This document shows positions 36,277 through 44,800 of a stretch of 64,000 nt of DNA, in pieces. Positions within the stretch are counted from its first letter, which is position 1. Each line of letters opens with the position of its first letter. The position numbers were made by a program, and so were the translations under genes. Below the pieces are notes generated by a model. That model was not told where the DNA came from and did no database searches. It saw nothing but the letters and a program-made list of their open reading frames with translations. This stretch comes from an uncultured Porphyromonadaceae bacterium. Lineage in GTDB: Bacteria; Bacteroidota; Bacteroidia; Bacteroidales; UBA12481. The stretch is from assembly GCA_964457845.1 (NCBI GenBank), contig CAYWHP010000001.1, positions 18,015 to 82,014 of the forward strand. The letters run 5' to 3'.

Positions 36277-37467
36277 TTAAGCCGAAGCCATTTCGAGTGT
36301 TTCGGTAATCAATCTGCACATCTCCATTGCTTCATCATCGGTCATAACGAGTGGCGGTGCAATACGTATGCTGTCCTTGCAAAAGAGGAAATAATCAAAA
36401 AGAAGCCCCATCTCCAGGCTGTGAGTGAAGAATCGGGTTACTGTTTCGGGTGAGTCGAGTTTGGCAGCCAGAAGCAATCCCTTACCCCGGATTTCCCTGA
36501 TCGACGGGTGGCTAAGATTTGCCCGGATCAGTTGTTCCAGTTCTAAAGCCCTTTCAGGCAAGTGATCCCCCAGAATGATTTTCAGTGAGGCCAGCCCGGC
36601 GGCACAACTTACAGGATGACCTCCGAATGTTGTTATGTGGCCGAGTACCGGGTGATGTGTTAATGTTTCCATCATTGATGCCGGCGCAATGAAGGCCCCG
36701 AGCGGCATTCCACCGCCTAATGCCTTGGCCAACAGAAGAATATCAGGAATAACCCCGTAATCCATAAATGAGAATAACGATCCGGTGCGGCCGAAGCCAG
36801 TCTGAATCTCATCAAAAATCAGAACCGCACCGGTCTCCCTGCATCGATTTGAGAGGGCTTTTAGGAATCCGGAGTCCGCGGGTATAATTCCTGCCTCTGC
36901 CTGTACGGGTTCGATAATAACCGCCGCTGTATGCTCGGAGATGGCATTCAGGGATGCGGTGTCATTAAACTCCAGAATCCGCACGGAAGGGAGAAGGGGA
37001 CGGAAGGCAGTCTTGAATTCTTCGCTGCCCATTATACTTAGGGCGCCGTGTGTACTGCCATGGTAGGAGTTACGGAAACTTATAAGTTCAGTGCGTCCGG
37101 TGCACCGTTTGGCCAGTTTGAGGGCACCCTCCACCGCCTCCGACCCGGAACTCACAAAATAGACCTGATTGAGGTGCGCCGGAAGGTTCTTTACCAGCTC
37201 GATAGCCAGCATAACCTGCGGCGACTGCACCAGTTCCCCGTAAACCATCGTGTGCATGTACGCTCCTGCCTGGTCCCTGACGGCCGAAATTATTCGTGGA
37301 TCTCCGTGACCGACATTGTTTACGGAAAACCCGCTGATGAGGTCGAGATACTTTCTGCCGGCAGGATCATAGAGATAACATCCTTTGGCTCTGGCAATTT
37401 CGAGACCGATCGGGTAGGGTGAAGTTTGTCCCAGATACCGAAGGAATAATTCTTTCGAACCATCCAT
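36277..37467 (-). CDS. class III pyridoxal-phosphate aminotransferase (acetylornithine/ornithine aminotransferase-like)
   Basis: 396 aa with the motifs SGSEAVEGALKLA and DEIQTGFGRTG, plus the PLP-lysine context LLLAKALGGG. Confidence 0.8.
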   Translation of the reverse strand: MDGSKELFLRYLGQTSPYPIGLEIARAKGCYLYDPAGRKYLDLISGFSVNNVGHGDPRIISAVRDQAGAYMHTMVYGELVQSPQVMLAIELVKNLPAHLNQVYFVSSGSEAVEGALKLAKRCTGRTELISFRNSYHGSTHGALSIMGSEEFKTAFRPLLPSVRILEFNDTASLNAISEHTAAVIIEPVQAEAGIIPADSGFLKALSNRCRETGAVLIFDEIQTGFGRTGSLFSFMDYGVIPDILLLAKALGGGMPLGAFIAPASMMETLTHHPVLGHITTFGGHPVSCAAGLASLKIILGDHLPERALELEQLIRANLSHPSIREIRGKGLLLAAKLDSPETVTRFFTHSLEMGLLFDYFLFCKDSIRIAPPLVMTDDEAMEMCRLITETLEMASA

Positions 37468-37471
37468 CGGT

Positions 37472-38179
37472 TTAGTGCGACATCAGGTTCAGGCTGGCGA
37501 GCAGCTGGTCGCGGTAGGATTTTCCGACCGGCACCTCTTGCTCCATGGCATGATCCTTAATAATCAGACTGTTCCTTTTTATGGTGTCAATCTTGTTCAG
37601 GTTAACGATATGAGAACGGTGAACCTGAAGGAACTGGTCGGGTGGCAATTTCTGAAGTATGGCTTTCAGGGTAAAATGAACGGTAAGTTTTTCCTTTAGT
37701 GTTATCACGAGGACATAATTCTCGAGGGACTCGATCCAGACGATGTCGTCATAGCTCAGCTTGATCAGGCTATGGCCTTTCTTCACAAAAATGTCATTCT
37801 GGATTTTCTGTACGTTATTCTGCCTGCGCCAGTGGGAATAAGCCTTTGAAACCGCTTTATAAAAGCGGGCGTAGGTGATGGGCTTCAGGATATAATCGGT
37901 TACATCATATTGAAAAGCTTCGAGTGCATATTTTTCCTGAGCCGAAAGGATGATGACAACCGGCTTTTCTTCGAGTGTGCGAAGGTATTCCATCCCCGAC
38001 ATTTCAGGAAGCTCAATATCAAGCAATACGAGATCAACCTTGACGTTGAGACTCATGTCATTTATTGCTTCGACGGCACTGCCGTATGAACCGACCAAAT
38101 TGAGCATTCTTGTTTTGTGCACAAAGATTTCCACAAGCTTGCGGGATTCATCGTAGTCCTCGATGATGATGCAATTCAT
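37472..38179 (-). CDS. LytR/AlgR family response regulator (orphan)
   Basis: The start at 38179 (MNCIIIEDYDE) gives an ATGA overlap with the upstream stop; the track start at 38194 is 5 codons longer. It has REC and LytTR (FLQVHRSHIVN) domains and no kinase gene nearby. Confidence 0.85.
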   Translation of the reverse strand: MNCIIIEDYDESRKLVEIFVHKTRMLNLVGSYGSAVEAINDMSLNVKVDLVLLDIELPEMSGMEYLRTLEEKPVVIILSAQEKYALEAFQYDVTDYILKPITYARFYKAVSKAYSHWRRQNNVQKIQNDIFVKKGHSLIKLSYDDIVWIESLENYVLVITLKEKLTVHFTLKAILQKLPPDQFLQVHRSHIVNLNKIDTIKRNSLIIKDHAMEQEVPVGKSYRDQLLASLNLMSH

Positions 38180-38871
38180 AGGTTTGATGGCCATGGGTCT
38201 TTGTTTTGATTATCAAATATAAATCTTTTTTCAAGCAGATCAGAATTCTTGATGCTTTTTCGCAGCCATTCGAGGACCAGCACTTTTTGCTCCTCCTTAG
38301 TGAGTTCCCATGGCAAACCGGATTTTTTAAGACTGTTCACCAGGCTATACATAGTAATTGCGGCAGAGACCGAGATGTTAAAGCTTTCGGTAAACCCTGA
38401 CATCGGGATCCGGATGAACTCATCGGAGAGGCTGAGTGCCTGTTGCGATAACCCTTTGAGCTCTGTTCCGAAGAGCAGGGCGACTTTTCCGCTTTTCAGG
38501 TCGAAATCATCCAGTGTGACGTCGCGCGTATGAGGCGTTGTGGCGACGATCCGGTATCCTTTCATCTTTAAGTCCATGATTGCGGTTGTGGTGGCCTCCT
38601 CCTGGCCGCTGTATTTCTTGATGTTCAGCCACTGGGCCGAACCGAGTTCCACATCGGGGTTTAATTTATAGCGGTTCCGCCGCTCAATAACATGGACATC
38701 CTGAATACCCAGGCAATCACACGTTCGGAGTACGGCGCTGGCATTTTGTGGCTGGAAAATATCCTCCAGGACAGGAGTGATAAACCGTGTGCGGTTTGAG
38801 GCTACCTTTTTAAATAGTTCAAACCGCTTTTCGGTTGCAAACTGGGAAAAGAAATGTATCAGTTTATCCAT
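38176..38871 (-). CDS. TrmH/SpoU family RNA 2'-O-methyltransferase
   Basis: SPOUT motifs are present (LLFGTELKGLS, IPMSGFTESFNISVSAAI). The start is set at 38871 (MDKLIHFF) because the longer ORF up to 38895 overlaps the hup terminator hairpin. Confidence 0.8.
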   Translation of the reverse strand: MDKLIHFFSQFATEKRFELFKKVASNRTRFITPVLEDIFQPQNASAVLRTCDCLGIQDVHVIERRNRYKLNPDVELGSAQWLNIKKYSGQEEATTTAIMDLKMKGYRIVATTPHTRDVTLDDFDLKSGKVALLFGTELKGLSQQALSLSDEFIRIPMSGFTESFNISVSAAITMYSLVNSLKKSGLPWELTKEEQKVLVLEWLRKSIKNSDLLEKRFIFDNQNKDPWPSNL

Positions 38872-38899
38872 AAAAAAAAAGGGAGTGACCAGCACTCCC
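38872..38899 (-). terminator. rho-independent terminator of the HU gene
   Basis: The GGGAGTG-ACCAG-CACTCCC hairpin is followed on the minus strand by T9, 20 nt after the HU stop. Confidence 0.7.
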
Positions 38900-38919
38900 T
38901 TGAAAATAAGATATCCCGG

Positions 38920-39192
38920 TTATTTTACCTTTCCGGTGAGTTCTGTTCCGGCTTTGAACTTAACCACTTTTTTAGCGGCAATTTTAATGGGAGCGCCAGT
39001 CTGCGGGTTGCGACCGGTACGAGCATTACGGGCTGAAACGGAGAATGAACCGAATCCGACCAACGAGACACGTCCGCCACTTTTCAGTGTAGCAGCCGTA
39101 GACTTTACGAAAGCATCCAAGGCCCGTTTGGCATCGGCTTTAGTGAGATTTGCATCCTTTGCAATTGCATCGATCAATTGTGCTTTGTTCAT
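38920..39192 (-). CDS. hup: HU family DNA-binding protein
   Basis: 90 aa. The sequence [28 protein letters not shown]...[23 protein letters not shown] matches the HU/IHF family. Confidence 0.92.
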   Translation of the reverse strand: MNKAQLIDAIAKDANLTKADAKRALDAFVKSTAATLKSGGRVSLVGFGSFSVSARNARTGRNPQTGAPIKIAAKKVVKFKAGTELTGKVK

Positions 39193-39234
39193 AAAAATAG
39201 TTTTTACGGGTTAGTGAATAGTTGCAATGATATA

Positions 39235-39265
39235 CAAAATTAGACGATTCTTGATCCTAAGCAAA
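39235..39265 (-). promoter_or_regulatory. promoter of the HU gene (-33 TTTG, -7 TAATTTTG)
   Basis: On the minus strand the sequence is TTTG-N19-TAATTTTG. The -7 box lies 43 nt upstream of the ATG. Both Bacteroidota consensus elements are present at canonical spacing. Confidence 0.6.
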
Positions 39266-39376
39266 TTCGGATGCTCTTTTTTTTGATAATCAGTTGAAAA
39301 AAGGGAGCCTTAACGGGAATTCAGGTAAAACAGGGGGTTAATTTGCCGGAGGTTTCAGGAAATCAATAAAGATTTT

Positions 39377-39384
39377 TACTTTTG
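39377..39384 (+). promoter_or_regulatory. candidate -7 box TACTTTTG for tRNA-Ser
   Basis: Matches TAnnTTTG and lies 6 nt upstream of the mature tRNA 5' end. Confidence 0.5.
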
Positions 39385-39390
39385 CGGCAT

Positions 39391-39477
39391 GGAGAAATGG
39401 CAGAGTGGTCGATCGCGGCGGTCTTGAAAACCGTTGTGCCTGCGAGGGCACCGGGGGTTCGAATCCCTCTTTCTCCG
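39391..39477 (+). tRNA. tRNA-Ser (anticodon TGA)
   Basis: An 87 nt class II tRNA: acceptor GGAGAAA/TTTCTCC, anticodon stem GCGGT/ACCGT with loop CTTGAAA, a long variable arm, and T loop TTCGAAT. Confidence 0.93.
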
Positions 39478-39484
39478 CTGTAAT

Positions 39485-39517
39485 AAAAAAAAGGCCGGGC
39501 AAACGCCCGGCCTTTTT
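39485..39517. terminator. bidirectional rho-independent terminator
   Basis: The hairpin A8-GGCCGGGC-AAAC-GCCCGGCC-T5 lies between tRNA-Ser (+) and the convergent SusD-like gene (-). Confidence 0.75.
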
Positions 39518-39534
39518 ATGTAAATAAACTGGGA

Positions 39535-39646
39535 TTATTTGGTATCCCAGAATACTTTGTTGTTCAGATCCGACTGAGCTTTTACAGCATCGTAATTAGC
39601 TCCGTTGAGGTCTTTTTCAGTCACAGGATAGAGCCACCTACCGGCG
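39535..39646 (-). other. displaced C-terminal coding segment of the SusD-like gene (different frame)
   Basis: An alternative frame reads GRWLYPVTEKDLNGANYDAVKAQSDLNNKVFWDTK*. This parallels the C-terminus of the paralog at 44801 (FRLTYPQSEIDGNFDNWSAV...KPWFMK*). Confidence 0.65.
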
Positions 39647-41087
39647 GAACTTTCTGCTGGCTGGTAGGATCTTCCGGGAAAACGAAAGCCGGCTTGTCGA
39701 GCCTGCGGTATTCAGCCCATGTCTGCGGCATCTGAGCAAGACCGGTGTTCAGCCATTTTTGGGTGGCGATCAGGTTGATCTTGTCGGAATTGGCAGCCCA
39801 GCTGACACCAGCGGCGGCTTTGTAAGCAGCGATTTCACCAGCTGCCGGGCGCGGGGTCGGGGTACGGAAGTCAGCTGTTGCGTTGATGCTGTACCACATG
39901 TCGATCGACTGGTCGATACCGGTTTCATAAGCTGCTTTGGCGTCACCGGTGGCAAATCCCCTCTGGATGGCTTCAGCCTTTATGAAACTTACTTCAGCAG
40001 CAGTGAAGATAAAGCCTGGGAAGTAGTTGTTCTGAGTAAATGAAGCCGTATCATACCTGGAAATCAACCGGTCGGTCAGTTTCTGGTTCTGCACGGTTGC
40101 ATTTTCAGAAGGATTCAGGCCTACATAGTCACCATCTTTATTCGGATCGAATGTGATCACGAGGCGCGGATCGCTGTTGTCAACCATGTTCTTAACCATG
40201 GTATACGGAGCGATGTCGTACTGTCCCCATGTTTCCATTGCGGAGCGAATGCTTTCACCAGCCCAGAGGTCCGGACCCGGTTCATCAAGCATCGTTGCTT
40301 CGCTGTTGGATTCAATCACCGGGTACTTCGAAGGATTGCCAAGGATCTCACCGATTTCAGCAGTCGGCATTACGTCTGATGCACGCATCAGCAGCCTCAG
40401 GCGAAGTGAATTGCAATACTTCTGCCACATGACAATGTTTCCATGGTTCAGGAAGTCCTTGGTTTTGAAGAGGCCAGCATAGAATGCCGGGACCGAAATA
40501 GTTGCCAGGTCATCTGCCATCGTCTTCAGGTCGGCCAACAAGGTGGTATAGATAGTTTTTGCATCGTCGTATTTCGGCAGGGCCTCATCGAGGTTGCCGA
40601 TCTGACGGACTTTTCCGGCTTCCGTCCAAGGAATGTCACCGAAAAGGTCAACGGTCTGCTGGGTCTGGTCGTAGAAGAAGATCTTCGCGGCAATCATGAA
40701 GATTTTGTATTCTTCCTGTGCGGAAGCTTCCAACTTGCTGTAAAGATTTTCCATAACGCGGTACTGGGTTACGGTGCCATAATACACATTCCATCTCCAG
40801 TCCATGGCAGCTGCCGGCGGGATAAACTGGTCCTTTGAATTGACCCAACCCATTGTGTGGGTGTAGTGCCCGAGTGTGGGCTGCTCGACAACGAAGAACC
40901 TCCAGTACCAGGGTAATACAACCTCATTGGCACTCATGAGCACTCCTGTGAGGAAATTCTCGACAGAAGCGGTAGAGGACTGGCCCGGATTCGGATACAG
41001 GTCTTCCAGATCACCTTTCTTACAGCTGTTGAATACAAGAGCCAGAGAGGCAAAGGCCACTAATATGATAGATACTCTTTTTTTCAT
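39621..41087 (-). CDS. SusD/RagB family nutrient-binding outer membrane lipoprotein (apparent C-terminal frameshift)
   Basis: 488 aa with a lipoprotein signal (LVFNSC). It is directly downstream of a SusC gene and paralogous to 44801..46399. The annotated frame ends prematurely in ...VPPVGGSIL*. Confidence 0.8.
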   Translation of the reverse strand: MKKRVSIILVAFASLALVFNSCKKGDLEDLYPNPGQSSTASVENFLTGVLMSANEVVLPWYWRFFVVEQPTLGHYTHTMGWVNSKDQFIPPAAAMDWRWNVYYGTVTQYRVMENLYSKLEASAQEEYKIFMIAAKIFFYDQTQQTVDLFGDIPWTEAGKVRQIGNLDEALPKYDDAKTIYTTLLADLKTMADDLATISVPAFYAGLFKTKDFLNHGNIVMWQKYCNSLRLRLLMRASDVMPTAEIGEILGNPSKYPVIESNSEATMLDEPGPDLWAGESIRSAMETWGQYDIAPYTMVKNMVDNSDPRLVITFDPNKDGDYVGLNPSENATVQNQKLTDRLISRYDTASFTQNNYFPGFIFTAAEVSFIKAEAIQRGFATGDAKAAYETGIDQSIDMWYSINATADFRTPTPRPAAGEIAAYKAAAGVSWAANSDKINLIATQKWLNTGLAQMPQTWAEYRRLDKPAFVFPEDPTSQQKVPPVGGSIL

Positions 41088-41109
41088 ATTTCTAAATATT
41101 TATTCGTTA

Positions 41110-44100
41110 TTAGAAACTAGCGCGGATTGAGAAACCGAGGCTTCTTGTAGCAGCAGTTGATCCGTTAACGATGGCCTGATTGACCCAGCTGGATCCGAGG
41201 TTCGTTTCAGCATCAAACTCCTTCATGGTGCGGTAGATGTAGAACAGGTTGCTGCCTACGAGGGCGATTCTCAGACCGCTGCAGCCAATCTTTTTGGCTA
41301 CGCTGGTCGGCAGTGAGTAACCGATCGACAGTTCCCTGAACTTGATGTAGTCATTGTTGACCACGGCGTCATCGTAACGGCTGTAGGGAATACCCCAGGC
41401 CGGGTTGGCACCCCATGTATAGGTATTGAGGTAATAGGAAGCTGCGTCAACGATAACATCATTGGTTGTTCCGTCGGGTTTTACGCCAGGCAGAATAACA
41501 CCGTCGTTCCATAGTTTTTTCCCGGAAGGCGCTGCAGTGGCTGCAATTTTCTTGCCTGCGTCATCAATATAATAGGATGCACCACCGTGTTCGGCATCTC
41601 TGTACTGCAGGGTTTCTTCAAACATACCGCCACCTTTCATGTACTGGCGTGCGATTGACATAACCTGGCTACCGAAGTTGAAGTCGATGGTGAAGTCAAC
41701 GAAGAAGTTTTTGAATTCAACGTAGTTTCCAATACCACCAACGATATCAGGAGTAACGTTACCAACCTTTTTCATTTCGGTAAAATCGATCTGGTACAAT
41801 CCGTCAACCGGATCAACGATCATGTTGCCGTTCGCGTCAACTTTCGGGAGGTAGCAAAGGATGTCACCCATCGGCTGGCCCGGTTCTGAAACAATCAGTG
41901 CGGCACCGGCGTCGATGTTGGCATGGGTAAGGCGGTCAACACCTTCCATCAGGCTGACAACTTCGTTGCGGTTTTTCGAGAAGTTGGTGCGGATATCCCA
42001 GCGGAAATCTTTGGTTTGAACCGGAGTGCCATAAATGGATGCTTCAACCCCGACGTTTTTCAATTCGCCGATGTTGGTGAGCATGCTGCTGGCACCCACG
42101 GTGGTCGGTACCGATAACCAGAGGATCTGGTCAACGATGCGGTTGCTGTAGAAGTTGGCTTCGAGGCCCAAACGGTTGCCGAAGAATTTCATCTCGGTAC
42201 CTGCTTCAAACTCGTGCTTCTCTTCAGGCCTGATCATGTCGTTTCCGTAGCTGCCCGAAACCGTGTTGTATACGATCCCGTTAACAGTACCCTGGTTGTA
42301 TGCGTTGCTTGCGGCATACATTGGAGGAGCGTTACCTACGATACCCCAACCTATGCGAACCTTGCCATAATCAAAGAAACCTGGCATTGTAAATGCGTCG
42401 GAGAAAATGAAGCTGGCGTTAACCGAAGGATAGAAGAAGGTGTTGCTTCCCGGAGGCAATGTGGAAGAGGATTCCCTGCGGCCGGTAAATTCAATGAAAG
42501 CATAATCCTTAAAGCTGACAGCTGCGGTTCCGAAGAATGCATACTTGAGCAGTTCATTGTAGTCAGCGCTTCCGTTCGACTGGTTCTTGTTGACAGAAGC
42601 ATTCAGGTGGAACCAGTTTTCGGTTGACAGACCGTTTACTGTCCAGGCACCGGTAGCCTTATAGGACTCCCGCCTGGTGTTGAAACCTGCATTGACAACA
42701 AGACCGATATCATCGGTGAGTTTCTTGTCCAGGGTGAGAATACCGTCACCATACATGGTAGAGAACCAAGTGTTGCTGAGGCTGAAACTGCCGGAGTTGC
42801 CGAGACTGATCGGAACTGAGTTGGGGTCACGGTTTTCTATGCGGATAGCAGTGAAATCGTTGGCAACTCTTCCCCTGAAGGTCAGTCCGGGAAGGATTGT
42901 CCAGGTAGCGGTGGCATTGGAAATCAGACGATCCTGATATTCATCGTTGCTGGTTTTGAGCGTCCTCCAGAAGAAGTCGAGAAGGTCATAAGCCCGCATG
43001 CGGATATTCAGGTTTTCATCGGGTGTAGCGCTCGGCTGGCCGGCGGTACGGAAATAGTATCCCTTGCTGGTCTGATAGTTGTCGAGGTACCACTGTGCAT
43101 CGTCGAACCTGCTGAGGAAACCGCCATAGTTATTGGTAATGCGGCTGATGAGGTACGGACGGTTATGGGTAAACTGGTTGATGTAGTTCACGCCAAGGTC
43201 AACTTTCAGATTCTTGTGCAGATTAAGGGTTGAGGTCAGGTTAAAGGTGTTCTTGTTGTGCTGCCCACCACGCTGTGTGCCTTTGTAATCCAGGCGGGTG
43301 TAGGAGAAACGAACATTACCCCAGTCACCGGCTTTGTTCACAGCCACGTTAGCGGTGGAGTTGAAACCGGTCTGGAACAGGTTTTTCCAGTTGTCGGGCT
43401 GAGCAACATAGGGATGAATCTTGTTGTCCCATCCGATAACCGGCTGTCCGTCGAATTTCGGGCCGAACTGTGCATAGGAGCGATAGATCGGGCGGCGGAT
43501 TTTCTGACCTTCAACGGTTTCATAGAGCCATCCATCCTGATCGGCGCCAAAGCTGGCGACGTTGGTTCCAAGGTCATAACCCGGGCCGTATTCGTTCTGG
43601 AACGGCGGCAGGAAAGCCGGGGTTTCACTCAGGTAGGTGTAGTTGGCTTCAACGCCGAGGCCCTGTTTGGTTGAACCCTTTTTGGTTGTGATAACCACAA
43701 CGCCGTTGGCAGCTTCCGAACCATAGAGAGCCGATGCCGAAGCACCTTTCAGTACGGTAAGGTTTTCAATGTCCTGCGGGTTGATGTCGATGAGGCCGTT
43801 TCCACGGATCCTCTGGTCGCCCCAGTAACCGGCATCGTTGGCCGAGCCGTTACGGATAGGAACACCGTCAACGATAATCAGCGGCTGATTGCTGAAGTTG
43901 ATGGAGTTCATACCCCTGATGTTGATGTTGACAGCACTGGTTGCACCACCGGCAGCGGTTGAGATCCTGACGCCAGAAGCCTTACCGTACATAGCAGAAC
44001 CGAAGTTCGGCGAACCGACTTTGGTAATGTCTTTTGCATCGATCTTGCTCACGGCGTATCCCAGCGCTTTCTGGGAACGGCGGATACCGAGGGCGGTTAC

Positions 44101-44433
44101 AACCACCTCGTTTAATTCAGTGGCTGATGGCATCAGCGCCACATTAATCGTGGTTGAATTACCCACTGCCACTTCCTGGGGGGCATAGCCCAGGAAGGAG
44201 TACACCAGGACACTTCCCTTGTTAACGGAAAGGGAATAGTTCCCGCTTCCGTCAGTTGAAGTACCTGTTCCTGATCCTTTCACTGCAACGTTAACTCCTG
44301 GCAGAGCGTCATTATTTGACCCGTCGGTCACTTTGCCGCTCACCCTGAGTTGCTGTGCATAAACGCTTGCGAACATAAAGAATGCCGTCACCGCGAAGGT
44401 GAAGCACCTCTTCAAGCTAAGTCTGCTACTCAT
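41110..44433 (-). CDS. SusC/RagA family TonB-linked outer membrane protein
   Basis: 1107 aa with a signal peptide, a carboxypeptidase-regulatory-like domain (VSGKVTDGSNNDALPGVNVAVKG), a plug domain (NEVVVTALG) and a C-terminal barrel ending in F. Confidence 0.9.
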   Translation of the reverse strand: MSSRLSLKRCFTFAVTAFFMFASVYAQQLRVSGKVTDGSNNDALPGVNVAVKGSGTGTSTDGSGNYSLSVNKGSVLVYSFLGYAPQEVAVGNSTTINVALMPSATELNEVVVTALGIRRSQKALGYAVSKIDAKDITKVGSPNFGSAMYGKASGVRISTAAGGATSAVNINIRGMNSINFSNQPLIIVDGVPIRNGSANDAGYWGDQRIRGNGLIDINPQDIENLTVLKGASASALYGSEAANGVVVITTKKGSTKQGLGVEANYTYLSETPAFLPPFQNEYGPGYDLGTNVASFGADQDGWLYETVEGQKIRRPIYRSYAQFGPKFDGQPVIGWDNKIHPYVAQPDNWKNLFQTGFNSTANVAVNKAGDWGNVRFSYTRLDYKGTQRGGQHNKNTFNLTSTLNLHKNLKVDLGVNYINQFTHNRPYLISRITNNYGGFLSRFDDAQWYLDNYQTSKGYYFRTAGQPSATPDENLNIRMRAYDLLDFFWRTLKTSNDEYQDRLISNATATWTILPGLTFRGRVANDFTAIRIENRDPNSVPISLGNSGSFSLSNTWFSTMYGDGILTLDKKLTDDIGLVVNAGFNTRRESYKATGAWTVNGLSTENWFHLNASVNKNQSNGSADYNELLKYAFFGTAAVSFKDYAFIEFTGRRESSSTLPPGSNTFFYPSVNASFIFSDAFTMPGFFDYGKVRIGWGIVGNAPPMYAASNAYNQGTVNGIVYNTVSGSYGNDMIRPEEKHEFEAGTEMKFFGNRLGLEANFYSNRIVDQILWLSVPTTVGASSMLTNIGELKNVGVEASIYGTPVQTKDFRWDIRTNFSKNRNEVVSLMEGVDRLTHANIDAGAALIVSEPGQPMGDILCYLPKVDANGNMIVDPVDGLYQIDFTEMKKVGNVTPDIVGGIGNYVEFKNFFVDFTIDFNFGSQVMSIARQYMKGGGMFEETLQYRDAEHGGASYYIDDAGKKIAATAAPSGKKLWNDGVILPGVKPDGTTNDVIVDAASYYLNTYTWGANPAWGIPYSRYDDAVVNNDYIKFRELSIGYSLPTSVAKKIGCSGLRIALVGSNLFYIYRTMKEFDAETNLGSSWVNQAIVNGSTAATRSLGFSIRASF

Positions 44434-44562
44434 AGGAAATTAGTATTTGGTTAAACAAAAAATGATAAACAATTGTTAATATGTTGGTTGGGATTAAGAG
44501 GATCCTATTTTGAGGAAAATGCAACACTTGGGCTCGATTTAGTACTAGTTTCAGAGAAAAGG

Positions 44563-44570
44563 CAAATATA
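44563..44570 (-). promoter_or_regulatory. candidate -7 box (TATATTTG on minus strand) for SusC/D pair 1
   Basis: The plus-strand caaatata matches TAnnTTTG on the minus strand and lies about 130 nt upstream of the SusC ATG. The same box occurs upstream of the paralogous SusC at 49904-49911. Confidence 0.4.
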
Positions 44571-44732
44571 GAACGAATTTGAGATTTTCAAGAAGAGATT
44601 GTGAATTTTCAATCACCACCAAAACCATAGTGACAGTCAGGTTCCTCTAAGCTCAAAAGTTTTTGACGCGCCGTTTTTGGCCGCTTTAAAAGTCTTTAAA
44701 AACCAGCGGTAAGCTAATCCTTGAATTTCAGT

Positions 44733-44764
44733 AAAAAAAAGAGGCTGCCCGGAAAGGCAGCCTC
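44733..44764 (-). terminator. rho-independent terminator after SusD-like gene 2
   Basis: The GAGGCTGCC-CGGAAA-GGCAGCCTC hairpin is followed on the minus strand by T8. Confidence 0.7.
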
Positions 44765-44800
44765 TTCTTTATTAGACTGATTCGCAAAGAATCATTGCGT

